A stretch of 64,000 bases of DNA. Origin: Deltaproteobacteria bacterium (GTDB lineage Bacteria; Myxococcota_A; UBA9160; UBA4427). The notes under the pieces were generated by a model. That model did not search any database, was not told where the DNA came from, and saw only the letters and a program-made list of their open reading frames with translations. Shown in pieces: positions 37,114 to 46,576 of this stretch. The stretch spans positions 342,862 to 406,861 of the forward strand of contig JADJOR010000024.1 of the NCBI GenBank assembly GCA_016713665.1, in the 5' to 3' direction. A program made the position numbers and the translations under genes. Numbering within the stretch: position 1 is the first letter of the stretch; every line of letters begins with the position of its first letter.

Positions 37114-38255
37114 TCGGCAACCCCCAGCAGCATCGCACCGCCGTATGGCCCTGCACCGGCAGTCACGAGGGCGACCTCGGCCCCTTCGACCTGCCGCTCG
37201 CCGGCGTCACCACGGAGCTGGAGAACTGCCTCGAAGGTGTGATTGAGTCCGTGGATGTAACCCTCCGAAAGGAGGCCGCCGTGTGGATTGACTACAACGT
37301 CGCCGCCGTACGTACCCCGACCGCTGCGGAGGAAGTCGCCGACCTCACCCCGTTCGCAGAAGCCGAACTCCTCGAGCGTGACCATGACGGTGTAGGTGAA
37401 GCAGTCGTACATGCACGCCACGTCGACATCCGCGGGCCGCAAGCCGCTCCGGTCCCAGAGCGCCGGCGCGACCTCTTTCGAGTACATCGTCGTCAGGTCA
37501 GGCCATCGCTCCCAGGAGCCGCCCGCCCCCGTGAACTCCGCGTGTGCGTGAAGGCCGACCGGCGGTCGGCGCAGATCCGCGGCCCGCTCCGCGGTCGCGA
37601 GGACGAGCGCGACGGCGCCGTCGATCTCGAGCGCGCAGTCGTAGAGCCTGAGCGGCTCGTTGATCCATCGGGCCGCGAGGTAGTCGTCGATCGTAATCGG
37701 GTCGCGCTGAACGGCGTGTTCATTCGCCACAGCGTGCCGCCGTTGGGTGACCGCGATCGCACCGAGATCCTCGCAGGTGCTCCCGTAGACCTGTTGGTGC
37801 TCCCGCGCCCACATCGCCATCCATTGCGGCGGCGTCATGTAGCCCTGGGGCGCGGTGAACTGAAGCGCCCCACCGACCTCGTGCACGCCGTCCGCGCGAC
37901 CGAAGCGACGACCACTTCGTCCATTGAGCGAGCGGTAGACGATTGCCGTGTCGCACAGTCCGCACTCGATCGCCATCGCAGCGTTTGTAACGACACTCGA
38001 GGCGTAGTTGCCACCGCCCATCAGGTCAATGTTCCAACGCAGCCCGGGCGACCCGATCGCGTCGGCGACCGCCATGGGACTCGCCGAGTCCGCCGCCTGA
38101 TAGGTAGCGGCGCCGTCGACCTGAGTGGCATCGAGTCCGGCGTCCGCGAGCGCCTCACGTGCCGCTTCGGCGGCCATCGCAAGAGTCGTGCGACCCGACC
38201 GCCGGCCGTAAGCGGTTCGACCGATGCCGACAATGACAGGCGTTCGTTGCTTCAT
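37110..38255 (-). CDS. thiolase-fold protein, SCP-x / lipid-transfer (Ltp) type
   Basis: 381 aa. N-terminal VIVGIGRTAYGRR and C-terminal NPHGGLLSEGYIHGLNH. Paired with DUF35. Confidence 0.9.
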   Translation of the reverse strand: MKQRTPVIVGIGRTAYGRRSGRTTLAMAAEAAREALADAGLDATQVDGAATYQAADSASPMAVADAIGSPGLRWNIDLMGGGNYASSVVTNAAMAIECGLCDTAIVYRSLNGRSGRRFGRADGVHEVGGALQFTAPQGYMTPPQWMAMWAREHQQVYGSTCEDLGAIAVTQRRHAVANEHAVQRDPITIDDYLAARWINEPLRLYDCALEIDGAVALVLATAERAADLRRPPVGLHAHAEFTGAGGSWERWPDLTTMYSKEVAPALWDRSGLRPADVDVACMYDCFTYTVMVTLEEFGFCERGEVGDFLRSGRGTYGGDVVVNPHGGLLSEGYIHGLNHTFEAVLQLRGDAGERQVEGAEVALVTAGAGPYGGAMLLGVAE

Positions 38256-38306
38256 CCCTGAGCCCTCCTCACCTCACTCGCGCTCCGGCAGAAGACCGGA
38301 GTGGAT

Positions 38307-39104
38307 CTAGCGCGCTCCATCGAAGTCACCTGCCAGTGCCCTCGTGGCGTAGGCCGAAGCGTCCAAGACGACATTGGCTACTCCCTTTGTTGCCTCGAGG
38401 ATCCGGCTCCGAGCGTCCTCGTTCTCGCCGTCGACGGTGACATCCGCACCGATCGGGCGGGCGCCAGCTCCTCGGCGTCCGCCTCGAGATCCGTCACGAC
38501 GACCATACCGACCACACCGAACGACATGCGATCACACTCGCGAGCCCACGCTGACCCGGACCGCGAATCACGACAATCTGACCGAGTCGAGTCTCGGGAA
38601 TCCCGACCGCCCAACGGAAGCCGGCCCCGAGCGGATTGAACATGACTGCGCCTTCGGGTGGAATCGTCGGGTCGATACGGTGCACGACGGACGTCGGCGC
38701 CAAGTACATCATGTCCGAATACACCTCCCAAAGCCCCGGCGGTTCATCCAGCGCAACGTAGGAATAGATTCGCCTGCTCCGGCACAGGTGGTAGTCGCCT
38801 CGCAGGCAAGGGTGCGCAGAATCGGCACGCGAACATCGTCTCGACGGCCACTCGATCTTGGAGTTCGACGCCCCAGCGCTCGGCAGCGCGATCCCCGATG
38901 CGTTCGATCGAGCGGCTCATGGCCGGGGACTACGGGGAATGGAAGCGGGAGGCCGCCCTGGCACTGCTCGAAATCGCTTCGGCAGATGCCGCACGCCTCC
39001 ACGCGAAGCAATGCGTCGTCGGCGCCGATCTCCGCGACCCGAAGGTCCGGCTGCTCGAGCCTGCAGGGCCCGGTCTGGTCGATCGCTCGCGTCTTCTCTC
39101 TCAC
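38307..39104 (-). pseudogene. zinc-dependent (MDR) alcohol dehydrogenase, multiply frameshifted and shortened
   Basis: Segments in at least four frames: (V)REKTRAIDQTGPCRLEQPDLRVAEIGADDALLRVEACGICRSDFEQCQGGLPLPFPVVPGHEPL; SIERIGDRAAERWGVELQDRVAVETMFACRFCA; PCLRGDYHLCRSRRIYSYVALDEPPGLW..YSDMMYLAPTSVVHRIDPTIPPEGAVMFNPLGAGFRWAV...VIRGPGQRGL; IGADVTVDGENEDARSRILEATKGVANVVLDASA. Confidence 0.65.
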
Positions 39105-39227
39105 CGAAGCTCTCCCGCCAGTCGGGAGCCGCCAGTGCCTGGGCACGCATCGACCGGGTGGACAACGTTTCCCATCCGATTTATCGTATCGAATCGTAGC
39201 CAGCGGCGACCAGCGTCGGGAGACCTC

Positions 39228-40193
39228 ATGAACCCAACGAACCGGGATGGGATCTTCGATGGGCTCTGCGTGATGGACGTAGATACACACATCTCCGAAC
39301 CGCACGATCTCTGGACGGAGAACGCGCCGGTCTCCGTTCGTGATCGACTCCCTCGGGTCAAGGAGATCGATAGAGCGAAGCACTGGATAGTCGACGGAGA
39401 CATCAATCTCGGTACCGCGACACCCGTAAGTGTGGTCCATCATGACGGAAACAAGTCGAACGGCATCGAGTTCTTCAACTGGTCCATGGAGGAGGTCCAT
39501 GCCGCCTCGTATGACATGGAGGCTCGCGTCCGGCTGATGGACGACCTGGGTCTGCGCGGGATCGTGATGTTCAGCGATCCCCACTCGGTCGGTCTGCCGG
39601 ATCTTTGCGATCCCGCGTGGCACTCGTTCTCGGACGTGTGCGGTTAACTCGAGATGCCCATGAACTTCCACATCGGCGAGAGCCAGACATCGTTCAACAT
39701 GTTCGGTCGAGCCGCCTGGCAATCGACGGACCTCGCTGAAAAGCTGGGGCTCGGCTCGGCCGCGCTGTTTTTCGAGAATGCACGCGTCCTCGGAAACCTT
39801 CTCGACAGCGAGGTGCTCGAACTTTTCTCGAAGGTAAAGTCGTCTCGGTCGAGAGCAGCATCGGATGGATTCCCTTCCTGCTCGAGTCGCTCGACTATGA
39901 GATCCATGAGACAGGACAATGCCAACGGCAAGCTCAAGATGCTTCCGTCCACGCACTTTCTGCGCCAAGTCTATGGCTGTTTCCGGTTCGAGAAGACCGC
40001 TCCGAGCAAGCTGCTCGAGGACATCGGCGTGAAGAACGTGCTGTTCGAGACCGATCTTTCCCATCCGACGTGTCTCTATCCCGACCGTCGAGAACACGTC
40101 GAGAAAGTCATGGAATATCTTTCGCCGCATGTTCGCAGGTCCGTTCTCCAGGACAACGCAGCGAAGCTGTATAGAATCTTCACCTCCGGCTGA
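39228..40193 (+). pseudogene. amidohydrolase (PF04909-like), decayed paralogue of 52329..53540
   Basis: Aligned by eye to the intact copy. It has the same DVDTHISEPHDLW start. About 70 residues are missing between LMDDLGL and RGIVMFSDP. There is an in-frame TAA at 39645-39647 where the paralogue has Glu (VCG*LEMP vs VCGELEMP). A compensated out-of-frame stretch follows: FPKVKVVSVESSIGWIPFLLESLDYE is only readable in another frame. Confidence 0.75.
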
Positions 40194-40237
40194 AGAATTC
40201 GGCGGTACCACCGTCGCGTTCACCACGGGAACGAGTC

Positions 40238-40849
40238 ATGGAGCAAGACGTCGCATTCGTCGGAAAACGCGTCCGCCAGTGGCGCGAAGAGATGGGACTG
40301 TCGCTCCAGGAGCTCGCGGCGCGCTGCGACGTAGCGGCAAGCACGATCCAGAAGGTCGAGACTGGCCAGATGGTCCCGTCGATCGCGATCGCGCTCAAGA
40401 TCGCACGTGGACTCGACCGCCGTCCCGCCGAGCTTCTGAGTTCGGAGCCTGAGGAAGCCGAAGTCGTACTCATGCGTGCGAAGGAGCACGTTGTCATCGA
40501 CTCCCACAAGAAGCTGCGCGTCGAACGACTGTCGGGCGACCTCTTCGACCCAGCGATCGAAATGTGGCGCGTCACCGTTCACCCCAGCTTCTCGAGCGGC
40601 AGTCGTGTCCATGAATACGATGGTGAAGAAGTCATCGTTTTAGAGGCCGGTGAGCTGCACTTCGAGGTCGGGGGCGAGGAGTATGTGCTCGGTGAGGGGG
40701 ACACGTTGCACTTCAAAGCGGGAATTCCACACCGCTGGTGGAATTCCAGCCGACGGATCGCCCGCTTCTTGATTGCAGGGAACTTCCCGCGCGGACTCCG
40801 GCGGAAGCTTCATATGCAGGTTCAGAAGGATCGAGGCGGGGCGAGCTGA
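40238..40849 (+). CDS. XRE-family HTH + C-terminal cupin transcriptional regulator
   Basis: HTH segment MGLSLQELAARCDVAASTIQKVETGQMVPSIAIALKIARGL and cupin segment GEEVIVLEAGELHFEVGGEEYVLGEGDTLHFKAGIPHRW. Confidence 0.85.
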   Translation: MEQDVAFVGKRVRQWREEMGLSLQELAARCDVAASTIQKVETGQMVPSIAIALKIARGLDRRPAELLSSEPEEAEVVLMRAKEHVVIDSHKKLRVERLSGDLFDPAIEMWRVTVHPSFSSGSRVHEYDGEEVIVLEAGELHFEVGGEEYVLGEGDTLHFKAGIPHRWWNSSRRIARFLIAGNFPRGLRRKLHMQVQKDRGGAS

Positions 40850-40880
40850 TTTGCTCCTGCGTTAACTTCGAGGGAATGGC

Positions 40881-41327
40881 ATGAGTGGGACCAAGCAGCT
40901 GCAATCGAGCTTCGACCGGGCGGTTGCGGACGGATTCGTGGACGCGAGCCGGAAGCTCGAAGGCCTACCCGGCTATTTGGGGGTCGTGTTCGTCGACTTC
41001 CAACCGGGACGGCTTCGCGCAGAGATGGAGGTTCGCCCGGAACTCCTGACGCCCTTCGGAAACATGCACGGTGGCGTACTCGCAGCACTCTGCGATCACG
41101 TACTCGGTTGCGTCTGCTATCCGCACATGACCCGGGGCCAGTGGGCCGCCACGACCGAATTCAAGCTGAACTATCTGGCACCAGTCAGCAAAGGCCAGGT
41201 CGTCGTGGAGGCCGAGATCATCGCGATGACGCGTGCCACAGCGGTCGTGCGGATCGAAGCCCGAAACGGCGACCGCCTCGCGTGCATTGCGCAGGGCACC
41301 GTGCTGATCCGGGACCCGAAGGAGTAG
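40881..41327 (+). CDS. PaaI/hotdog-fold thioesterase
   Basis: GNMHGGVLAALCDHVLG motif; 148 aa. Confidence 0.85.
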   Translation: MSGTKQLQSSFDRAVADGFVDASRKLEGLPGYLGVVFVDFQPGRLRAEMEVRPELLTPFGNMHGGVLAALCDHVLGCVCYPHMTRGQWAATTEFKLNYLAPVSKGQVVVEAEIIAMTRATAVVRIEARNGDRLACIAQGTVLIRDPKE

Positions 41328-41333
41328 GAGAAG

Positions 41334-42596
41334 ATGAGCACTGCCCAATCCCTGGACCAGGTCGAGCTGATCGACGCGGTGCACTACGCGGAGCACGGCT
41401 ATCCGCACGAGGCGTTCCGACTGCTCCGACGAGAAGCCCCGGTCTACTACTTCGATCGGTTGTCGCTTCGCCCCTTCTGGGCGATCACGCGCCACAGCGA
41501 CATCGTCGAGATCTCGCGACGCCCGGACCTGTACCTGAACGCGCCGCGCCTGGTCGTCGGCGCGGATGCGCTCACTGGCGAGTCAGGTGCGCTGCCGGTC
41601 CGGATGCTGCTCAACATCGATCCGCCTGATCACAGCGCGTATCGAGCGCTGGTGAACAAGCGATTCACCCCTCGCGCACTCCGGGACATCGCGCGCCGGA
41701 TCGACGCAATCGCGTCCCGCGCGCTCGACGACATGCTCGCATGCGGCGAGGAATCCGAGGTCGACTTCGTCCGCGAGTTCTCTGCGAAGATCCCGATTTG
41801 GGTGATCGCGGAGATGCTTGGGGTTCCGGAGCAGGACTGGGAGCTGCTCTTCGACTGGACCAATCGCGTCCTCGGGGCGGCGGATCCCGAATACCGGGAA
41901 GAAGGCAAGTCGCCGCAAGAGACATTGCAGACCGCCCGACTGGCCCTCTTCTCCTACTTTCAGGACCTGACCGAGGAGCGGCGAAGTCGCCCCAAGGACG
42001 ATCTGGTCAGCGTCTTGACGCACTCGCAGATCCGCGGGGAGGCACTGCCCGTCTTCGAGTTGATGTCGTACTATTTTCTGATCGTCGTCGCGGGAAACGA
42101 GACGACGCGAAACGCCGCGAGCGGCGGCCTACTGGCCCTGATCGAGAACCCGGACCAGCTCGAGCTCGCGCGGAGAAGACCCGATCTCAACCGATCGCTC
42201 GTCGAGGAGGTTCTTCGCTGGACGTCGCCCGTGATCCATTTCTGCCGAACGCCGGTTCGAGACGTCACGATTCACGGGCAGACGATTCGAGCAGGAGAGA
42301 CGCTGACTCTCTTCTACCCCTCGGCCAATCGCGACGAGTTCGTCTTCGATGACGCCGACCGATTCAAGATCGACCGGCAACCGAATCGGCACATCGCGTT
42401 CGGAATCGGAGAGCACGTCTGCCTGGGCGCCCACGTGGCGCGCTTCGAGTTGCAGGTCATCTTTCGACACCTGCTCGCTCGGCTCGTCGACGTGGAGCTC
42501 GCGGGGCCGGTCGAGCGGCTTCGCTCGAGCATCGTCGGCGGAATCAAGCACATGCCGATACGATACCGCCTGCTCCCTTCCGCGGATGCAGCCTGA
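41334..42596 (+). CDS. cytochrome P450
   Basis: FGIGEHVCLGAHVA heme loop, ExxR (VEEVLRW) and AGNETT I-helix. Confidence 0.9.
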   Translation: MSTAQSLDQVELIDAVHYAEHGYPHEAFRLLRREAPVYYFDRLSLRPFWAITRHSDIVEISRRPDLYLNAPRLVVGADALTGESGALPVRMLLNIDPPDHSAYRALVNKRFTPRALRDIARRIDAIASRALDDMLACGEESEVDFVREFSAKIPIWVIAEMLGVPEQDWELLFDWTNRVLGAADPEYREEGKSPQETLQTARLALFSYFQDLTEERRSRPKDDLVSVLTHSQIRGEALPVFELMSYYFLIVVAGNETTRNAASGGLLALIENPDQLELARRRPDLNRSLVEEVLRWTSPVIHFCRTPVRDVTIHGQTIRAGETLTLFYPSANRDEFVFDDADRFKIDRQPNRHIAFGIGEHVCLGAHVARFELQVIFRHLLARLVDVELAGPVERLRSSIVGGIKHMPIRYRLLPSADAA

Positions 42597-42614
42597 GGGA
42601 GCTTCACGAGAACG

Positions 42615-43370
42615 ATGGCGGCAAGAGAGAGACACGAGATCGATCGACAGATCCTCGAACGAATCGAGCGGTTTCGTCGATCCGACGACGACGTCCCGGA
42701 TTCGTGGCGGGCCAGGCGCGAGGTCGCGAGCGCCGTTCGCGCCCTCCTCGACGTCCTGTCGACGACCGATGCAGCGGCTGACGTCATGCGGAGCAGCGCA
42801 AAGTCGATTCGCGCCCTCGCCGAGCACTTCGCCGCACACCCCGCGGTGATCGAACCGCGGGGCATCGCAGAGATGGCCTTCGCCGGGATGGAGGACTTCC
42901 ACGACCGGAGCCCGCTCGTCGGTCGCTCCAACCCCCTCGCCCCACCGCTGGCCCTCTTTCCCGATCCCGACAAGGGCATCATCGAAGGAACGACCATCTT
43001 CGGGAATGCATACGAGGGCGCTCCCGGGTGCGTACACGGCGGATTCATTGCGGCTGCGTTCGACGAGCTTCTCGGCATGGCGTGCATCTTCTCGGGCTCG
43101 CCAGGAATGACCGGCACCCTTGAGGTAACCTATCGGACTCCGACCCCGACCCGAACGCCACTCCGATTCGAGGGACGTTTCGAAGGGCGTGAGGGGAGAC
43201 GGATCCAGACTCGTGGAGAGATGTGGGCCGGCGAGCGGCTGTGCGCCGAGGCATCCGGGCTCTTCATCTCCATCGATCGCTCGAAATTCGAACAGCTGTC
43301 GAGAATCCGCCGGGAGCGCTCCGGTGCGGACGCGACGGACACGCCTCACAAGAATGATGCCGATGGGTGA
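42615..43370 (+). CDS. hotdog-fold (PaaI-like) thioesterase domain protein
   Basis: 251 aa; GCVHGGFIAAAFDELLGMA in the C-terminal half. Confidence 0.7.
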   Translation: MAARERHEIDRQILERIERFRRSDDDVPDSWRARREVASAVRALLDVLSTTDAAADVMRSSAKSIRALAEHFAAHPAVIEPRGIAEMAFAGMEDFHDRSPLVGRSNPLAPPLALFPDPDKGIIEGTTIFGNAYEGAPGCVHGGFIAAAFDELLGMACIFSGSPGMTGTLEVTYRTPTPTRTPLRFEGRFEGREGRRIQTRGEMWAGERLCAEASGLFISIDRSKFEQLSRIRRERSGADATDTPHKNDADG

Positions 43371-43467
43371 CGGAAGTGACATGGACGCGATGACGGGCGC
43401 GGCTGACGGTTCTCAATATTCGTCTGCCCGACCATCATGGCGATCGGTCGAACAAGAAACGAGTCGA

Positions 43468-44512
43468 TCACGCAGCCTCGCTCCATGCGTATCGATGATG
43501 AAGCCCTGGTATTCGCGGCGATCGGATGACCTTTGCCGTGGGCGAGGCCCGATTTTCGGCGGCCCGAGGCCGCGGCGCGTCCCGAAGCCGAGTATCGATA
43601 CGATCCTCGTTGTAGTACGCAGCGTATTCTCGGAGCAGGCGACGCAAATGGAGTTCGTCGAATACAACGACATGATCGAGCAATTCGCGCCGAACAGAGC
43701 CCACCCAGCGTTCAGCGAGCCCGTTCTGCCATAGGCTGCCCAGGGAAGTCGGCTCGGGCTCGATCCCGAGAGCTTCAATCATCTCGAGGACTTTGCCCGA
43801 CAAGATCGCGTCATAGTCATCAATCAAGATCTCGATGGGCGTCTCACCAGGGAACGCCTCGCGAAGCTGCTGGATCACCCACGGCACCGTCGGATGCTCG
43901 GTGAAGTTGAAATGCAAAATCTCGCGTCCGTCGTGGGTGATCACGAACTAGACGAAGAGCATCTTGAAGCGGATCGTAGGAACGACCAAGAAGTCCATGG
44001 CCGAGATGACGTCGAGATGGTTTCGAAGGAAGGTGGTCCATCGCTGCCGCTGGTCATCGCTTCCATTTCTTCTGGGGAGGTAGCGGGACACGGTCGCGAG
44101 GCTGACGGTGAATCCCAGCTTCTCGAGTTCTGCCTGGATTCGCCGCGCACGCCACGGGTTCTCGCTCGCGAGGCAATGAATAAGATCCAGAAGCTCTGGC
44201 GAAATGGGAGGCCGCCAGGGCCCTCTCTTCGAGATCGACCACCAGTAGCATCGAAAGCCCTCTCGATGCCATCGGACCACGGTCTCAGGTCGGACAATGA
44301 CGAGAGAAGATCTCCACCGGGGCCAGACTCGGAGAAGAGCAATCCAGAAGGTGCGATCCATCGGGGAAAGGTGAGGGCGCGGATGCTTGTGGGCGTAGAC
44401 TGCGAGCTGTTGACGAAGCGCAAGCTCGACGATTGCTTGCTCGCGCCGACTGCGGAACAGGGCTGGAAGTGGCGACGAGGATCGCCAAATAGCGGAAGAA
44501 CGCTTGAATCAC
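43468..44512 (-). mobile_element. rve-domain transposase pseudogene (one frameshift and one in-frame TAG)
   Basis: GTG 44512 gives (M)IQAFFRYLAILVAT. After a frameshift near 44460 it reads ALFRSRREQAIVELALRQQLAVYAHKHPRPHLSPMDRTFWIALLRVWPRWRSSLVIVRPETVVRWHREGFRCYWW.... A TAG follows at 43948-43950, then FVITHDGREILHFNFTEHPT...WQNGLAERWVGSVRRELLDHV. Same family as 35555..36599 but clearly divergent, and in inverted orientation. Confidence 0.75.
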
Positions 44513-44671
44513 GTCGCGATTCTGCGTGAACGCGCTCGTGTCGTCCAGACTGAATCTCGCGAAGCATTCGCGGTAGCATGATCGCTCGGGTTCGCGGCTC
44601 AGCGCTTACGACTCAGCGAGGATCTCGGCTGCGGACGGATTTTGAGAACCGACAGCCGGTGTGATGATGAG

Positions 44672-45115
44672 TTATGCGGTGTTCTTGGATACGCGTCGCC
44701 ACTGGGGGAGGAGGTAGACATCCTTTGAGGGTTCATTACGGACCTCCGACCAGACGGCTTCTACGGAGAGGCCGATACGGACTTCGTCGGGTGAGATGTC
44801 GATGAGGTTCCCGAGGATGCGAACATCCGGCGCATCAGTCAGGCTGACGAGCGCGACGAGATAGGGGACGGCCGCTTTGAGATTCGGATGGATCGGATAG
44901 ACGATCTCCGTGAAACTATAGATCGTACCCGTGCCTTGATGCTCGGTAAAATTGAACTCGGTGAACTGGCATGCGAAACAGACGTCCTCCGGAGGATGCT
45001 GTGTTTGGCCGCATCGTCCGCAAATCTGCAACATGATGCATCCGGAGGTAAAGAACGGACGAGTCTTCTCGTTCAACTCAGGCAAGGGCCAGGATTCGGG
45101 CATAACTCGGGACAT
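44672..45115 (-). CDS. DUF35 OB-fold/zinc-ribbon protein
   Basis: From ORF 44672..45346, trimmed to ATG 45115 (MSRVMPESW) after GAGGAGG. Zn-ribbon CGRCGQTQHPPEDVCFAC. Confidence 0.85.
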   Translation of the reverse strand: MSRVMPESWPLPELNEKTRPFFTSGCIMLQICGRCGQTQHPPEDVCFACQFTEFNFTEHQGTGTIYSFTEIVYPIHPNLKAAVPYLVALVSLTDAPDVRILGNLIDISPDEVRIGLSVEAVWSEVRNEPSKDVYLLPQWRRVSKNTA

Positions 45116-45144
45116 TGTGGGTGCCTCCTCTATTTCTATCCATT

Positions 45145-46308
45145 TCAATCGCGGCAAAAGAGGACGGCGCTTCCAGGAGCGTACCCCGGACCGCCGACGG
45201 CTAGACTGAGCTCGACGTCGGCCACCTGGCAAGTCGATTCGCCGCGCACCTGTCGCACAGCCTCGTTGATGAGTTCGAAGCCGTGGATGTAAGCCTCGCC
45301 CAGGTTGCCACCGCTCGTGTTGATCGGAAGTGCGCCGTCGGGCCAACGCAGGTTTCCCGCCCGAACGAAGGCATCGATCGCATCCGGCTCACAGAATCCC
45401 ATCTCGCAGATCGCCATCAGAACGGGACCGGTGAAGTTCTCGTAGAACTGCGCGACATGGACATCCTTCGGCCCCACTCCGGCGCGCTCCCACAATCGAG
45501 ATGCAAGCGCGCGATGATGCGAGGTCGGAAAACCCGGTTCGTTGAAGGCGCCGGTTCCGTCCCTAGGACTCAGGCCCTGGGCGGCTGCGAGGATCGGGAC
45601 GGGCGGCTTTCGCAAGTCTCGCGCGCGCTCAGTGCTTGTGAGGACTACGGCCGCGGCTCCGTCGTTCTCTGGACAGCAGTCGTAGAGATGGAAGGGTTTC
45701 GCGATCCAGCGGGACGCATGATAACTCTCCCGTGTGAGCGGCTTGCCGTAGCGCAGGGCGCGAGGATGTCTTTGCGCGTGGGCGTAAGAAGTCAGCACGA
45801 TCTCCGCGAGGGCGTCCTGCGAGACCCCGTGCTCATACATGAACCGGGTGGTCTGAATTGCGTTGATATGCGCCGGAGTCATCAGGCCAAACGGCACCTC
45901 GAATGCACGGGACCCAGCTGGGGCGCCCGCACCGCCATACTGGCCCTGTCCAAAGCGTCCGAATTGCCCCTGGGCCAGAGCGCGAAAGACGACGACGTGC
46001 TTTGCGTAGCCAGCCGAGACGGCGGCATCGGCGATTGCAACGGCTGATGCGACGCCGTTTCCGCCATTCCCCCAGGTCTGCGCCGTAAAATCCAGTGCGT
46101 TGATCCCGAGGGCGACGCTCAGTCGAACGGGATCGTTGCGCATGTCCATGTAGGAAACGAATCCGTCTACGTCAGCCAACTCGAGACCCGCGTCATCGAC
46201 CGCGTTTCGAATCGCAATGCAGGCGAGCTGGAACTCGGTTTCGACGGCCTCGCCTCGTTTGTAGTACCGGGACTCCCCAACTCCGGCCACACAAGCCTGC
46301 CTCTTCAT
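45145..46308 (-). CDS. thiolase-fold protein, SCP-x / Ltp type
   Basis: From ORF 45145..46377, trimmed to ATG 46308 (MKRQACVAGVGESRYYKRG). C-terminal NTSGGNLGEAYIHGFE. Confidence 0.9.
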   Translation of the reverse strand: MKRQACVAGVGESRYYKRGEAVETEFQLACIAIRNAVDDAGLELADVDGFVSYMDMRNDPVRLSVALGINALDFTAQTWGNGGNGVASAVAIADAAVSAGYAKHVVVFRALAQGQFGRFGQGQYGGAGAPAGSRAFEVPFGLMTPAHINAIQTTRFMYEHGVSQDALAEIVLTSYAHAQRHPRALRYGKPLTRESYHASRWIAKPFHLYDCCPENDGAAAVVLTSTERARDLRKPPVPILAAAQGLSPRDGTGAFNEPGFPTSHHRALASRLWERAGVGPKDVHVAQFYENFTGPVLMAICEMGFCEPDAIDAFVRAGNLRWPDGALPINTSGGNLGEAYIHGFELINEAVRQVRGESTCQVADVELSLAVGGPGYAPGSAVLFCRD

Positions 46309-46576
46309 GGACGAATCCCCCGCCTGTACGGTCCCGGTCGTTTCGACCTCACCGCCATTCGAATTGTGCGCGGGCACCTCGAGGAGATCGCGCCGGCCTG
46401 ATTATCCTATTTGGATTGGCCTCTTGACTAAAATCATAGAGGATATACGATCCGAAACAACTAGGTACGAACCGCAACGGCCGCCGCCTCCGGACTTCCG
46501 ATGGTCTGAAGCTTAATTCTGGGGCGTTGCATGCATTGACCGCTCGGCCCGGTCGAAAACTCGGCGGACGCCATTG

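Noticed and set aside
35555-44512. Calling the IS-bracketed 36.6-43.4 kb block a bona fide composite transposon
   Set aside because: The two flanking transposase genes are divergent and both are inactivated, and no terminal repeats or target duplications were identified. It is reported only as a composite-transposon-like layout.
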